Source: the human T2T-CHM13v2.0 reference genome, Homo sapiens
NCBI RefSeq assembly: GCF_009914755.1
Contig: NC_060947.1
DNA length: 64,000 bases
Reading direction: 5' to 3' (one strand)
The notes beneath the pieces were generated by a model. That model had not been told where the DNA came from. It saw nothing but the letters and a program-made list of their open reading frames with translations, and did no database searches. Within the stretch, counting starts at the first letter, position 1; each line of letters starts with the position of its first letter. Shown here one piece after another: positions 26,180 to 42,589 of the stretch. The position numbers and the translations under genes are program-made.

Positions 26180-27340
26180 CACTTTGGATTTCTTCTATTA
26201 TTTTCCATTTATTTTTTTCCACATTATTGTTCTGGCCATTGGATTCCTTATAGACTTGCAGAAATTTTTAATTCTCTAAATATTTTTTCTTTGTTGTGAT
26301 GTTTCGACATTGCAAACATATTTCTTCAATTAATCAATTCTTTTATTTTTACCCACATATTTTATATTTCTATAATAAAAATATTTATCAATTTCCTTGT
26401 CCTCTGCATTTTCAAAAAACAGAAATGTTTTCACAACCCTAAACGACATACGTGCTTTCTACATTTTCTTCTATTCTTTATTATTTTGCATGTTGATTTA
26501 TCTTTCTAGAATCTAACTTTGTATATGGAAACAAAGAAAGAAACACTATTATTTATTACATATCTAGAGTTAGTTTTCTTGATGTCATATACTAAATGGT
26601 CAGTCTTTTGGCATTGATCCATGACACCAACTGAATTGTATATGACATTCCCATAAAGCCATAATCCTATAGATTTCTGTGCTAGTCTACTAGTCTATTT
26701 ATATCTTTGCACCACTAACAAGTTGCTTTAACAATATACGTGGCTTTGTAAAATATTTCTCTGGTAAGGCATTCAGCCCTATTCATTCTTATTTATCAGG
26801 AGTGGCTCACCTACTACGCACTTTTTTGTGGTCCATATACATTTCAGAAAATTTCTGTAGAATTTCTTGAAATAATCAACGGGAATCTTCACTGATATTG
26901 CTTTAATAGTGTAGAGTACACTTGTAGGAGAATTGAATGCATTAGTGATGATTTTTAAGATATAAATGTTCATCTTTGCCAGTTTAATTGTTTCATCTAT
27001 TTGACCTTGTATGTTCTTTAGATCAATTAATTCTCAATGTTCTAATGCCTTTAAACTGACAGTGCAATGAATGTCATTTGTATTATACTTAGAACACCAT
27101 TATTGTGGAGCAGAAAAATGCTAATGAGTTGGTTAAGTTAATCTTACAAATCTTATCTAGTATTCTTGCTAAGCTCTCTTACTAAATCTAAGTCATATCT
27201 TTTTTTTTCTTGCAGATAATCACATCTTCTGCAACTAATGGAAGTTTTAACTCTTCCTTTTTGATCTTTACTCAACTAGTTCATTTTTTCTTTCTTTACA
27301 CTATTGACCAGGACTGGTAACATTGTAATATACAGTGATG
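26180..27340 (-). mobile_element. Ancient L1M ORF2 remnant
   Basis: ORF 26779-26973(-) VLYTIKAISVKIPVDYFKKFYRNFLKCIW resembles ORF2p IYRFNAIPIKIP..FF..ILKFIW. Confidence 0.7.
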
Positions 27341-27395
27341 ATTTTATCTGTGTGCATTTTATGAAATATGAGTATACATCAATATGTCTGATGAC

Positions 27396-27405
27396 ATATA
27401 TATGT

Positions 27406-27442
<37 letters not shown>
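27396..27442. repeat. (TG)/(TA)n microsatellite
   Basis: Direct. Confidence 0.9.
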
Positions 27443-27447
<5 letters not shown>

Positions 27448-27704
27448 CCAATATGGCAAACACCTTTCACATAAAAGCCATACCCATGCATATTTATGCC
27501 TACATATGAATAAAGTGTAGCAGAATCAAGTTAAGAGGAATGGGTAGAATCATAATTGGGTAGACCTTGAAAATCAAAAGAGAAAACTCAGAAGCCATAA
27601 AGGAAAAAAACATGATTTATATAACTACATAAAACCTAATTAAAAATTTATCCATGCCCAAAGACTACAAACTAAACTGAAAACCAAATATCATACCCTA
27701 TTAA

Positions 27705-27893
27705 GAGTAAGCAAGCATTTTTCTGTAAAGGGTCAGATAATGCTGTTAATATTTTGGAATTTCCAAACCATATAGTCTCTACAGCCACTAATCGCCATTG
27801 TTATCACTTGAAAATAGCCATAAACACTAGGTAGGACTGTGTACTAAGAAAACTTTGTTTACAAAAGAGTGGTCTAGTTTGCTGACTCCTAAC
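27705..27893. mobile_element. MER58A (hAT-Charlie MITE) within a + strand old L1 fragment (about 27580-28000)
   Basis: TTTTTCTGTAAAGGGTCAGATA..AATATTTT..AGCCATA..AAAACTTTGTTTACAAAA..AGTTTGCTGACTCCT. Confidence 0.7.
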
Positions 27894-28967
27894 TTAGAAT
27901 AAAATGTTTGCAATTTTTATAATAGGTAAAGGCCAAATAACATTATTATTTTAGAAAATTTTACAAATCTATCCAATAAAATCTGCCAATAAAAATTGTC
28001 AGACGGTATGGCTGAGGCATATATCCATCCTTCTGGTATATGAACACTCCATTCTTGAAATACATGTAGGAGTTCACAGACAGTATTTGTTTCAGTTTCC
28101 CAATATGGTGGGTGTCAAGAAACATGAGCCTAGAACACTTATTATAGTCTTTTTATTTCCTTTTTCTCATATTTGCTATTGGCTACTGTTTTGTTTAAAT
28201 TACCCTGATAAAATCTGCCTTGGTTACCAGAACCTAAAATGTTTAATCTTGGAGGTGATAATTTTAGCATTGAAATTAAAAAGCAGCCCCTGTATCATGA
28301 AAACAATTTTACAATTTATTTGGCGTTCATTTTTCAAATGTGGAGTCAATGTGAATTAGTCTTTTACAGAGACCAAGCAGAGAGAAAATATCCATCAATA
28401 TACTGGCTACAAATTGCAAGTGAGATGAAGAACCCCACATTTCTGCTGAAGGCCTCAGAAGGCAACTTCCAAGCCAGGGATTTTCTGTGTTTAGTTCTTT
28501 GACACAAAATTTACTTTTCTCCATTTTTTCCCTTTGACCTAAGATTTTCTAACACTGCGAATTTGCCATTTGGTTACGACATAAATGAACCGTTCAGCAG
28601 ATGGCTAAACAGACACATCATTTACATATGCTATTTCTCTGTACATATGAGGAGTCCAAGTCTTGTTACAAGCAATTGCGAGAAATAAAAAAACCAGGAC
28701 TGAATTCACAGATATTGTCAAAATCCTTTTTCCTCCAGACTCTATTTATTCTTTTAATATATATTCCACTAGGTTGGTTAGAGTTTAGTCATTTCGCTTT
28801 GTTACTTTATGAAATAAAGTTAAGAATATACAAATAAAGAAAAAAAGGAAAAAAGAACAAGGAGGCTTATTATTAACTAAATTATGTGGGCAGACACTGA
28901 AAAATATATGATCATCTAATTTCTCAAAGCTACAAGTGTAGTAATTAATGAAATGGTATAATAATAA

Positions 28968-29135
28968 TTATTATTATTTTAAGGATAGGGTTTCACTCTA
29001 TCTCCCAGGCTGCAGTGTAGTGGCATAATCACAGCTCACTGCAGCATTGACCTCCTGGGCTCAAGTGACCCTCCCACCTCAGCCTCCTGAGTAGCTGGAA
29101 CGACAGGCATGCACCACCACACCTAGCTAATTTTT
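28968..29135 (-). mobile_element. AluJ right arm / FRAM
   Basis: CACAGCTCACTGCAGC..CCTGGGCTCAAGTGA; single arm only. Confidence 0.85.
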
Positions 29136-29344
29136 AAAAACTAGTATGATGTAAAAACTCAACCTATCCATACAACATGCATTTACTATAGTGCTTTTTA
29201 TAATGTACTATTTAATTCTAATGCATTGCACTCTGCTTACGATACGAAAAAAGTTTTATCTAAAACTTAATTCTTTTTGCAGAGATTCAAATGTCACAGA
29301 ATCAGTCCAATTAGCAAGTTGATTTTTAAATGAGAAAAATCTAA

Positions 29345-29712
29345 ACAAGGAGGAAGGAAGAAAGAGGGAAAGAAGAATGGAAGGAAAGAAAGAAGGAAGG
29401 AGGGAAGAAAGGAGGGAAGGGAGGAAGGAAGGAAGGAGGGAGGGAGGAAGGGGAGGGAGGGAGGGAAGTGGAGGGCAGGGGAGAGAGGGAAGAAGGAAGG
29501 AAGGAAGGAATGAAAGAAGGGAGTGAGGGAAGAAGGAAGGAAGGAAGGAAGGAAAGAAAGACGAGAGGAAGGAAGGGAGGGAGGGAAGACAGGGAGGGAG
29601 GGAAGGGGAGGGGAGGGAGGGAAGAAGGAAGGAAGGAAAGGAGGGAGGGAGGGGAGGGGAGGGAGGAAGGGAGGAAGAGAGGAAGGGAAGGAAGGAGGGA
29701 GAGAAAGTAGGA
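29345..29712. repeat. Polypurine (GGAA/GGAG) tract
   Basis: Direct. Confidence 0.95.
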
Positions 29713-31114
29713 GGTGACTGGGAGCGTCATTATGTAAGTTCAAATTTGTTTTCTTTGGAGCGTAAGTAAAATAAAACCACAAATGCAACAGAGTCCAGTA
29801 ACTAAAAATATGCTTTTTCCACTGTTATCCATAGGAAACAGAAGTGATTAATGGCATCTTCCTTTCAACATGAAGAAAGAAGATGGTTTTCACAGTCCAG
29901 GTTGTGCCCCATCAGGAATACATCTGAAACTCATTCCATTCAAGCTGGCAGATTTCTGGGATTAGATGATCTTTTAAAGTTGCTTGCTTGTCCTGATTCT
30001 GGTCATGGTGAGAACAGCTATAAATACCTAGTTTTAAAAAATGCAAATGCATGCTCCAGTTTTAAAGATCCCTTTTCTGCTAGCAGGCTATTGAAGACAG
30101 AGAGTTTATTTGATCGTCTTTGGAATTTATGATTCCATCCTACTAATTGCCCTATTTTTGAAGTATCTAATAAAACTGTGATGCATAGAAGATTGCTGAA
30201 TACCAGAGAGTTGTAAATAACTCATTTTAGTGCTGGCAGTGAAAGAAATGAACTTTGGAAAGTGATATCAAACTAGGTTTAAGTAGGAGGGCTGAAAAAT
30301 AAACTCCAGCAGCTTGGTATTGGCTGACTCTTGAAGAGGGAGATCTGTGACGCAGAGATAGAGCTAGAGGTTCAGTGAGGAGCTCACTACATTACAGATT
30401 AAGGTGCCTTAAAGTGACCCTGCTTTCAGCTGCCCTGCGATGTGGTCTTCTACAATCTCGAGTAAAATAAGTTCTAAGACCACCAGAGTAAGGAGACAGG
30501 ACAGATAGATGCTGCCTGCCTCCCAGACAAAATGAAGTTCATAGGTTCTCTTATAACATCACATTTGACCATGTGGTTTAATGACCAACATCTTTTTTCT
30601 AGCAGTGAGAATAAACTACAGCCATTAAAAGTAAAAATATAGCCAAATGGCACAGGACACCTCCAATGGACACGTGCAACAAAAGAGAGGCATTACATAT
30701 ACTTCACAGGACTCTAATCTGTAAAATTAAATGTTTGTGGCAGGCAGTCTTCAGAGCTCTCTGTTGTGTTTCGGGATATTTAGGAACGTTACAAGGACTG
30801 TATAGAGGCCAATGTGAAGGCTTCCCCTTTAAGAAACAACAACAAAAAAGGAGCCATCTACTTAAAAACATGCCATTGACTCTGAAAATTCAGTGTAAAC
30901 GCTGACCCATGAGCACCCTCACATCTCTAGTTCTTCAAATCTGCCCTTCACAGATAGGGACTATGTTTATCGCTCTTGGCAACACGTTCATGGGAGTTTT
31001 CTCATACGCAATGACAACTGAACAAAATCTTAGCTTTTTTTTCCAGGATTTTCTTGTTGTTGATATCCTTGTTGTTGTAAGGAGTAGTAATCAGATATTC
31101 GGCAGAATGACCCT

Positions 31115-31539
31115 TGTGAAAGGAAAATATCTTGGGCCCTTTCAAGCTGGGAAGTGTCAGGGCAACCTGCCTCCCACTCTATTCAAAGTCACCCCTCTGC
31201 TCACTGAGACAGATGCACTTCTGATTGCCTCCTTTGGAAAGGCTTATCAGAAACTCATAACAATGTAACTGTTTTGTCTTTCACCCACCTGTGATCTGGA
31301 AGCCTCCTCCCTGCTTTGAGTTGTCCCCACCTTTTCTGGACGGAACCAATGTACTTCTTACATATATTGATTGATGGCTCATGTCTCGTTAAAATGTATG
31401 AAGCCAAACTGTGCCCCGACCACCTTGGGCACATGTCGTCAGGACTTCCTGAGGCTGTGTCACAGATGCGTGTCATCAACCTTGGCAAAAGAAACTTTCT
31501 AAATTAACTGAGACCTGTCTCAAATTTTCGGGGTTCACA
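31115..31539 (+). mobile_element. MER4A-family ERV1 solo LTR
   Basis: TGTGAAAGGAAAATATCTTGGGCCC...GGGGTTCACA; perfect 4-bp TSD CCCT. Confidence 0.9.
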
Positions 31540-31900
31540 CCCTCAATTGGACTTCGTCTGATTTTGCTTTCTCACGATTGGACCTGAGTTATGGGTTTTG
31601 AGAAGAGGCCCACAGAGGTAAAGCGCTGTTCTCATCTTATGCTGTGAAGAGTGCACACTCTCAGTAAGACTTGTCACTGTTGATGTTAATTTGAACTCCA
31701 GGCTGAGATAGTACTATTTCACGTTTTTTTCCACTGTAAAGGTAATCTGTTTTCCTCTTCTCATACATTACTCTTTGGAAGAAAGTCACTATGCCCAAAG
31801 CACACTAGGGGAGTTGCGACTTACGAAGGCAGAGAATCGAAACAAATGATTTGCAATTTTTCTGCATGGGAGAGTTCTCATCGCTTCCTTTATTGTTTAG
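31540..31900 (-). mobile_element. L1MC4-like 3' remnant, continuing upstream of MER4A at about 31040-31114
   Basis: CAGAATGACCCT|CAATTGG..TCTGAT..GAGTTATGGGTTTTG..CCACAGAGGTAAAG. Confidence 0.6.
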
Positions 31901-32436
31901 TGACTCTATCCTGGATGATACAAAATTTTATAAATCCATCCAGGACAACGAAGAAGCAACCTGATAAAAACCCTCTTCCTTTAGTTGAGACAACCTAAAA
32001 GGGATTAAAAGAAATTATGCTGTATGTTTTATTAAAAATACGTGGAAGAATACATGGTTACTTTCTAACAGCAGAGAGAATTCCAATATATCCAATTGCT
32101 AGCTACTTGTTTCAAATGCAATATAGAAGCAACTTTGAGGTAAGTCTCCAGATAGCTACCATAAAGCAAACTTGTGCCTGTAGCACAACAAACACACGTG
32201 TTGATCTTTCCAGGGTGATGTCTTGGGTTCATATTTTGTCTGTACTTCATAGTATTCAGGTACTTCTGGACAAATTGTTTTTACTTCTCTGAGTTTCAGC
32301 ATCTTGCTATGGATATTAATAGTGACTCCCTTCAATAGTTACTGTGAAGACTGGAAGAAGTAATGTATGTGTGCTTTGTATAATACCTGTTATTTGCCAT
32401 ACTTCCCTATTATGTTTTTACTTTAATATATGTCTT

Positions 32437-32855
32437 AGCCAGGCATGGTAGCCAAGCACTTTGAGAGGCTGAGGTGGGAAGACTGCTTGAGGTGAGGAAT
32501 TCAAGAACAACCTTGGAAGCATAGTAAGACTCCAACTCTACAAAAATAAGAAAAATAAAATAAAATTAGCTGTGTATGGTGGCACATACTGGTGTTCCCA
32601 GCTACTCTGGAGGTTGGGGCAGAAGGATTGCTTAAGCCCAGGAGGTCAAGGCTGCAGTGAGCTATAATGACACCACTGCACTCCAGCCTGGGCAATACAG
32701 CAAGACCCTGATTTCTAAAAATACATATCTTGGGAGGCTGGGGCAGAAGGATTGCTTAAACCCAGGATATCAAGGCTGCAGTGAGCTATAATTGCACCAC
32801 TGCACTCCAACCTGGGCAACACAGCAAGACCCCAATCTTTAAAGCTATATATCTT
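32437..32855 (+). mobile_element. AluJ with a tandemly duplicated 3' 124 bp
   Basis: GGAGG at 32609 and 32733, ATCTT at 32727 and 32851. Confidence 0.9.
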
Positions 32856-34311
32856 GATGTATAGATATTTATATAACAAGGATTTTAATAATATGAAGAG
32901 CTTCAATTTGTTTGGGAAGATATTTAGAAAACTTAATCTCTGGGTATACCCTGATTCTGTGATACCAAAAGGCAAGCCAAATCAGAGGTGCTGGGAATAT
33001 TTTCTGAGCTCTAAGACAAACAGAATTCAAATTCAGACTTCTGCACTGTAATATACAGCACAACTGATTTCAGGTTTTGGATTTGGATGGCCCATTGTAG
33101 TTCTCTGATATTTGTTTATGCTACAAATAATGAATAGATATCAGATGAAAACTATGTAGGCAAATAGATAATTTATAAGGAGTTATTTTTAAGTATGAGA
33201 GTTCCATTTGGATAATGCAAAAATAAACGTTTGATTTATAAGTAAGTACATTTCTAGATGAAGGAATGTAATAATATTTTCATGCTAATTTTTGTTTGAC
33301 ATAATAAAGGTTTTAGAAAAGACACAATTAAAAGTTGTACTTTTTAAAGAAATGATATAAAATGAAGAACATTAAGATGACTAACGAATTATCAATACTT
33401 GGCTGCGTTTACTCCTTAGAAGTCTACCAGACTAAAAAAATGGTTCCTAAATCACTCTTTTAAAAAAGCGTGTAGGCAAATTTAGTCTTCCTGAAAGAGT
33501 TTGATGTAGTAGAAGATAGAACAGATACAATATAGTCGTGGATAGAAATTTTCTAAAATGCTTTACTGTTTGTTTTTAATATAGTTCAACTATTTAGCCC
33601 AATAAATCTATTAAGATTATATAAAGTTAAGTTAACTCTATTTTCTCCTCTATAAAACAGAGATTAAGGAAAACTCTTAAATACATCATATAACAATATA
33701 AATATCATAGGATTGTTTTCTCCCTTAATAATAACACTTTATGTTTGCAATCATTTTTCCCAAAGGAAGCCTGTCTACTGGATTAATGATCATTACTTCA
33801 CGAGTTTAAAAATAATAATAATTTTGTTCAGTTCCTACTATCAGCAGAGAAGGACTTATGAAAAAAACGGCAATATTGATGGATACATAGTGTGGCCAAT
33901 AATTGGTGCAGAGATGTTTTATAGAAAGGCTTTATAAACTGTGAAAGAAACTGCATAATTTTTAGAGACTGAAAATATATGTGTTAATTCTTCCTCATGA
34001 GAGTATTTCTAGTTTGCTGACACTAAAATGGTTGTTAGGGAGGAATGCTCTATCAATTCAGAGAACACAGACTCTTCCAATGTATCGGAGAATAGATAAA
34101 GTGACTGTGTCTCCCCTGCAGGAGGAGAGCTCATATGGATGATGTGTAAATGAAGCAAACAGAAGACAACTAAGCAATGCACATTTTGTTTCATCCTCTG
34201 ATGCAGGAGAGCATGGGAGGTTGAGGGAAAATGACCTACGTATCCAAATTTAATGGCAGAGAAGCTCTGGGTTTTATCTCTCTTGGATGTTCCTTGTCTT
34301 CCAAGGTGTGA

Positions 34312-34629
<318 letters not shown>

Positions 34630-35135
34630 TGTAATGGTTACTTTTAAGTGGCAACTTCAACTGAATTAAAGGTTATCGAGATAGCTGGTGAAGCATTATT
34701 TCTGGGAGTGTCTGTGAGGGTGTTCCCAGAAGAGACTGGTATTTGAATCGGTAGACTGAGCTAATACTATCCACTGTCATCCAATGGGAACAGGAACATC
34801 TAATCTGTTGAGATCCTGGATAGAACAAAAACACAGAGGAAAGACAAATTTGCTCACTTTCTTCTGGAGTGGAGACAACCTTCTTCTCTTGCTCTTGGAC
34901 ATTGGAACTCCAGATTCTTTGGACTTCGTATTCTGGGACTTGCAGCAACCCCCATCCCCACCAGATTATCAGACCAAGAATTACACCATCAGCTTCCCTG
35001 GTTCTGAGGCTTTGGGGCTTGGACTGAACCACAGCACTGGCTTCCCTGGCTCTCTAGCTTGCAGACTGGCCATTGTGGGACTTCTTGGCCCCTATAATCC
35101 TGTGAGCCTATTCTTCTCATAAATCTCTATCTCTG
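34630..35135 (+). mobile_element. MLT2 (B/C-like) ERVL LTR
   Basis: TGTAATGGTTA..GCATTATTTCTGGGAGTGTCTGTGAGGGTGTT..TCTAGCTTGCAGACTGGCCATTGTGGGACTTCT. Confidence 0.85.
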
Positions 35136-35179
35136 CACCAGTATTCTATCTCTGCAAGAGAGAAAGTTGGGGGCGGGGG

Positions 35180-35570
35180 CACAGAAAGAGAGAGAGACAG
35201 AGACAGAGAGAGAGAGAGGGAAAGAGGAGAAGGTGAAGGAAAGGAGAAAGAGGGAGAGAAAGGTGGGGAAAGAAAAATGATAAAGAGAGAGGAGAGAGAG
35301 AAGAGAATATAAGATACAGAAAGAAACAGAAATGAAAAAGAAGGGAGAGAGTAACAGAGACAGAGGGAGAGAGGGAAAGAGAAGAGAGAGAGGAAATCAG
35401 GAGAGAGAGGATAAGAGGGAGGGTGGTAGAGAAAAGAAAGTAAAAGAGAGAGGGAGAGAGAAAGAGACAGAGAGACAGGAGAGAGAGAGAAAAGAAAGTA
35501 AAAGAGAGAGAGAGAGAGACAGAGAGACAGGAGAGAGAGAGAAAAAAAGAGAGAAAGAGAATAGAGGGTA
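35180..35570. repeat. GA-rich polypurine tract
   Basis: Direct. Confidence 0.92.
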
Positions 35571-38500
35571 AATTGAGACTGAGATTGGGGTTTTCACTTT
35601 TCTCCTGTCCATCTTTGATAATCCCATGACCTTGAAAATCCTTGATCCACCACATCTATTAAGAGTCAAAGAGACATCTCCAGCAAAGTAGATGTTGCTG
35701 ACCAAGGCTTAGAGAAGATGGAGTGATTGGTTTTCTTTTGATGAAGTGTGTGTGTGCATGTGTATGTGTATGTGTATGTGTGTGTGTTCACAGGTACTCA
35801 ATTGCCCTTAGTGCAAAAAGGTCACTAAGGATTGGCTGAGATTGGATGCCAGTCATAGAAACCCGTTTAAGGAAACCGATGGGTGTGTTTATATCTGAAC
35901 CCGTTGTTCACACTTGGCCCAGAACATATCCCAGGGTAGAAAAGCTCACAGAAATTTGGCAATCAATTGTCCATTTTTCAAATGGTCTTCAGTGCTCATT
36001 GCCACACCATGGCTCTGCTAATCAAACAGAGCTGGTTGAATGTTTTATTTTGTGTAATTATCAAATCTACTTTTCCTAGGGCATGATGAAGAGTCTATGT
36101 TGCTTCAAAAATAACAGCAGTGGTAACAAATCTAATCACTTTACTGTTTCATTTTTAAAGCATCAGTATATAATGGCCCCATCTGCCACCTGGTTTTAGT
36201 CAACTTGCTTTAAAAAGTCTGTGGAAATTAAGTACGTTCATTGAGTTAAAAATAAGTTTTCTTATATTGTTAACTACCTTCTATGGGTATTAGAATATTT
36301 TGGGCACCTTTGTCAACTCAAAATTGAGGTATATATGCACTGGCTTTGGAAAAAAAGTTTCTTATTTACTGAATTAATGTAAACATTCAAATGTTTTGCA
36401 AAAGCTACTAGTTTATTGTTTAAGTTAATATCAGATCACATAAAATAGGTTAGAAAATAGACATCTATCTACGGTTATGGAGAAGATTAATAATAATAAA
36501 CACATAATTTATTTTAACATTTAATTTCTTAAAGTAGAAGCTTATATAGTCTCAATCTCAATTTTGCATATATTTGAATCAGAGAACAACAAATAAAATT
36601 AATTACATATGGCTTTAGGAATCACTTGCTTAGTAATTTAAAATTTATGCTCTATAAAGATATTCTATAAAGAAGAAAGTTTGAAAATGAAAACTCAGGA
36701 GTTTTAAACACTATTAAAAAAATATTTTCAAGTTACAATTGTTTTTATAATGCTTCTCAAATTTTTCTCAGCAGTTGCACAAACCCCATTATTACAACTA
36801 CTTATATTAGACTTATTTTGCAAAATCAGGATATAAAAATTATTGTCCTGATTGTTCAGAATCAAGTATTCCAGCCAGAATCCAACCACAACAAATTACT
36901 CTTTATGGATCAATATTATTTTCCTCCAATTATAAAATAAAGGTAATGAATAAAATGGTTTCTAAAGTACATATCATTTCCCAAATTCTACCACATGGCA
37001 AGGCAGAGATACATTTGTTTGCTTTAGAAAATAGGTCTTTCCAATACTGATGTAAACTTGACTTAGACGTTTAAAATGCAGTGAAGATTGTTATCGATGC
37101 CTTTGATGTGTGAAGATGTGAATTCAAACTGTTTAATTGGTCTAAAATAAATAACCCTAATGAATTAGAATTAAATAAGTAAATCAGAGAGTTGTCTCCA
37201 TCAATGAAGACTTTCCATTCCAATGGAACACAGTTCCATGTTTCCTCTTTATTATCCACAGTTCAACATTCATTCATCCATGAAGTGTAGTGTAGTATTT
37301 CTGAATCACAGAATTCACTATCCTCATCAATTTAGGTTGGCATCTGTTAGGGTTTTGCCAACTAAACAGAAGCTGCTGTAGGTACTTCAAGGAAGAAAGG
37401 TTTCCCTGCAGGGAAACAGAGAATTTCATCTCTTGGAAGAGAAGAAAGAAGTTTACCCTGAAGCTAAGGCGGATTTAAAAATTCTCAGTGGAAGCTTCTA
37501 GCAGCACAAACTTGACAATTCGTACTCACCCTCTGCTCATGCATCTGACTTCAGGGGCCCTGCAGAAACAAAAATCCATCCTCTCTTCTACCGTGAAAAT
37601 CTCTCACCTGGAACTTTATCTGATGAAGGCAGTTCCTATTGTTATTTTATGTGGTATTGGGTAGGAAAGATATGTTGACAATAGAAAATTCAGCACAGAG
37701 GTTGTCGGATTATCTGTTTAATATTAGAGAAACATTCGTTGGTGTCCCAACAATGCACCATTTGGGCATTTGAACATTCTATGGCAAGATGTTCTACGAA
37801 AGCTTGGATGCAAGAATCCTTAGACACCTTGCGTGGAGGGGAAATCATATCAGAAGAAACTTAAAAAAACAAAAAGCAAACTAACAAAAAAAAAAAAACC
37901 CAGGAAATTGGAGATGAAAAAAAGGCAAAGAGTCAACAGAGATGAGAGAGAGAAAGAATGTCATCCTGCATGTTTCTCATACCCAAACCTCCGAAAAGGT
38001 ATAACTCATATCTGTTATTTTAACTCTGGGAGCTGCAGTCAAAATCCAGCATCACCCAGAGTCTGTGCTCACCAAACATCTGAGCCATGAAATGCTATGT
38101 AGTTCATGCTGATGCAAAGATGAAATGAGGTTTTTAATCTAATGAATACACTATTGCCCTCAAAATAATTATTAACTTGAAATATTAACTCTGCTATAAA
38201 GAAGTTTAGCTTCCAGAAAACTCTTTAACACTGCTAACATAATACATGTTCTCATGAGTTCGTAAATGTAATTTTACAATTTTTAAAGACAGCCACATTT
38301 TTATATTTCACAGGAGATACTGCACCTTTTTCTAATTGAAAACTATTGCAGATCCATTGTAAAAATCTTGGAGTGTGTGAGATAGTGTAATTAAGAAGGT
38401 AAAATATTACCAAAATCTTTATTCAGAATGGTACATTTAGTGTGCTCCGGTGTCTGTTTTATTTGGAATATGGAATATTCCATATATGGAATACTGTTGG

Positions 38501-38641
38501 AATATGGAACAATGTATATGGAATATTTTTACCTCATCACTTTTCTAAATGTTAATAAAAACGTAAAATTTATGTTTGTTTATATCTCTTTATGAGTAGA
38601 TTTCATAACAGATGCCCTTATATTTTAAAATATCTATTTTA

Positions 38642-39036
<395 letters not shown>

Positions 39037-39311
39037 CCTTTCTTTTTATAGATCATATGCATATCATTCACAGATTCTTCTAAATATCTTAATTTTATTC
39101 ATTGTATTTATATTATGAATTCACTGACATTTATTTTAACATATTATATATTATATTGCTTTGATGTGGAAGGACAATGGAAGCAATAGTATTTCTAATA
39201 CAATCTAATTTTAATTTCTAATACAATAATAATTTAAAGAAACTCTTTGCCTCAGTCTGTAATCATTTCTTAACCATGTGTTACATGCTTTCATTTAAAA
39301 AATAAAACTAA

Positions 39312-39650
<339 letters not shown>

Positions 39651-39884
39651 TTATTGAAGCATGACCAAACCCATGCACATTCTAGTGAATGCATTGCAAT
39701 GGCTTCCAAGCCTGTCTTTCTTTGAGTCATCTGTACTTGGGCTGTTAATTTGCCAATTATCATCCCTTGCCTGTGGACTATAACTTAGCAAATGGTTAAA
39801 TGTGTGATCTATTTGAAAAATTGGCAATACCTGTAAGTCAATTCATCATTGGCATAATGTTATTCCATCCATTGCCAAGCAGAA

Positions 39885-39885
<1 letters not shown>

Positions 39886-39932
<47 letters not shown>
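39886..39932. repeat. (TG)n microsatellite, about 23 units
   Basis: Direct. Confidence 0.97.
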
Positions 39933-39934
<2 letters not shown>

Positions 39935-40777
39935 TTTCTTTTCTTTTAATTTGAATTATACTCTTAAAATTGCATGATACATTTTTGGGACATAATTATT
40001 AACCCCAAATTAATGATTTCAAAGAATGACCATCAGTTCTGGGAAAAGCAGGGTGGCCTGCCTTAGCTAATAAATAGTTCTCCTTCTCCATGGAATAACA
40101 ATTGTTAGTGAGTTCAATTAATTTGCAAATAGCTCTTGTTCAATATGACATTTTTATTTTTAAAAGTTGTTTTAATGCAAAAACGATTTTGATACGCAGT
40201 GTTTTTAAAGATAAGAAACTATAATTTAAGTTGACAATTAGTGGCTGATATCGCATATCATGTCTTCAAATATTGGAATTATATTTTCTCTTTATTATAT
40301 GCATCAACAAATAAAACTACTTTAAATGACTTTATAATTGTCTTGTGTGCATATATATGCTATATATATCTATAGATATGTTTCATTCATGAATATTATA
40401 TTTTTGGTAAAAATATCGAAGTGGCTCAGATGTTTTAATCACAAGCAAATTTCAACTCAATATAAAAACAATTGAAGTCGGAAACATCGTGAATAACTTT
40501 TTGGCATTGAAAATATGTTTTTGAGAAATGTCCTAATGTTTAAACTCTTGATGAAAGAAAATACGGATGAAAACTAAACGGATTTCCAAAGCGAAACTGT
40601 GTAAGAACCTAGAGGGGTTCTTATACAGTTATTCACAACCAGCCTAACGTCTTTAAGGTAAGAAAGCTCTTATATCTCACGGAAGACAAGAGTGTTGAAA
40701 ACCCCAAGTTGTGGCTAGTCAGCAATTCCTGAATTATGCCTTTAGGGGATAATCACATGCAATTCTAACTATTTTAG

Positions 40778-41178
<401 letters not shown>

Positions 41179-41508
41179 TGAAATTTAATTATGGAATTTT
41201 GGACGTCTCAGTAAGAAGTGTGAGTCTAACCTCACGGAAAATGTGAAAATGCCTGTCAATTGTTTTTGTTTAAAAAAAAATGTGTTCTGTTCCTTGGTCA
41301 TATTGCCTGTGGAATACTATTAATATTTCTGAATAAATTAGCTAATTGAACACATTCTTTGATTTTTAACAACATGTGTCCTTATCAGGATTAAATGTGT
41401 TTAAGAAATCTGGATGAGGAAAGTTATGAATGAAATTATACAAGGGAGGAAAACAACAAGCCTACAAAATGTCTTAAATCCAATTTTACTCAGCAACATA
41501 ACCCATGT

Positions 41509-42561
<1,053 letters not shown>

Positions 42562-42589
42562 AAGTAATGAGAGTTGCAGACGGTGGAAG

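Noticed and set aside
36176-36196. CTGCCACCTGG CTCF-like / paired E-box motif
   Set aside because: Lacks the conserved terminal bases of the CTCF core; a short match expected by chance
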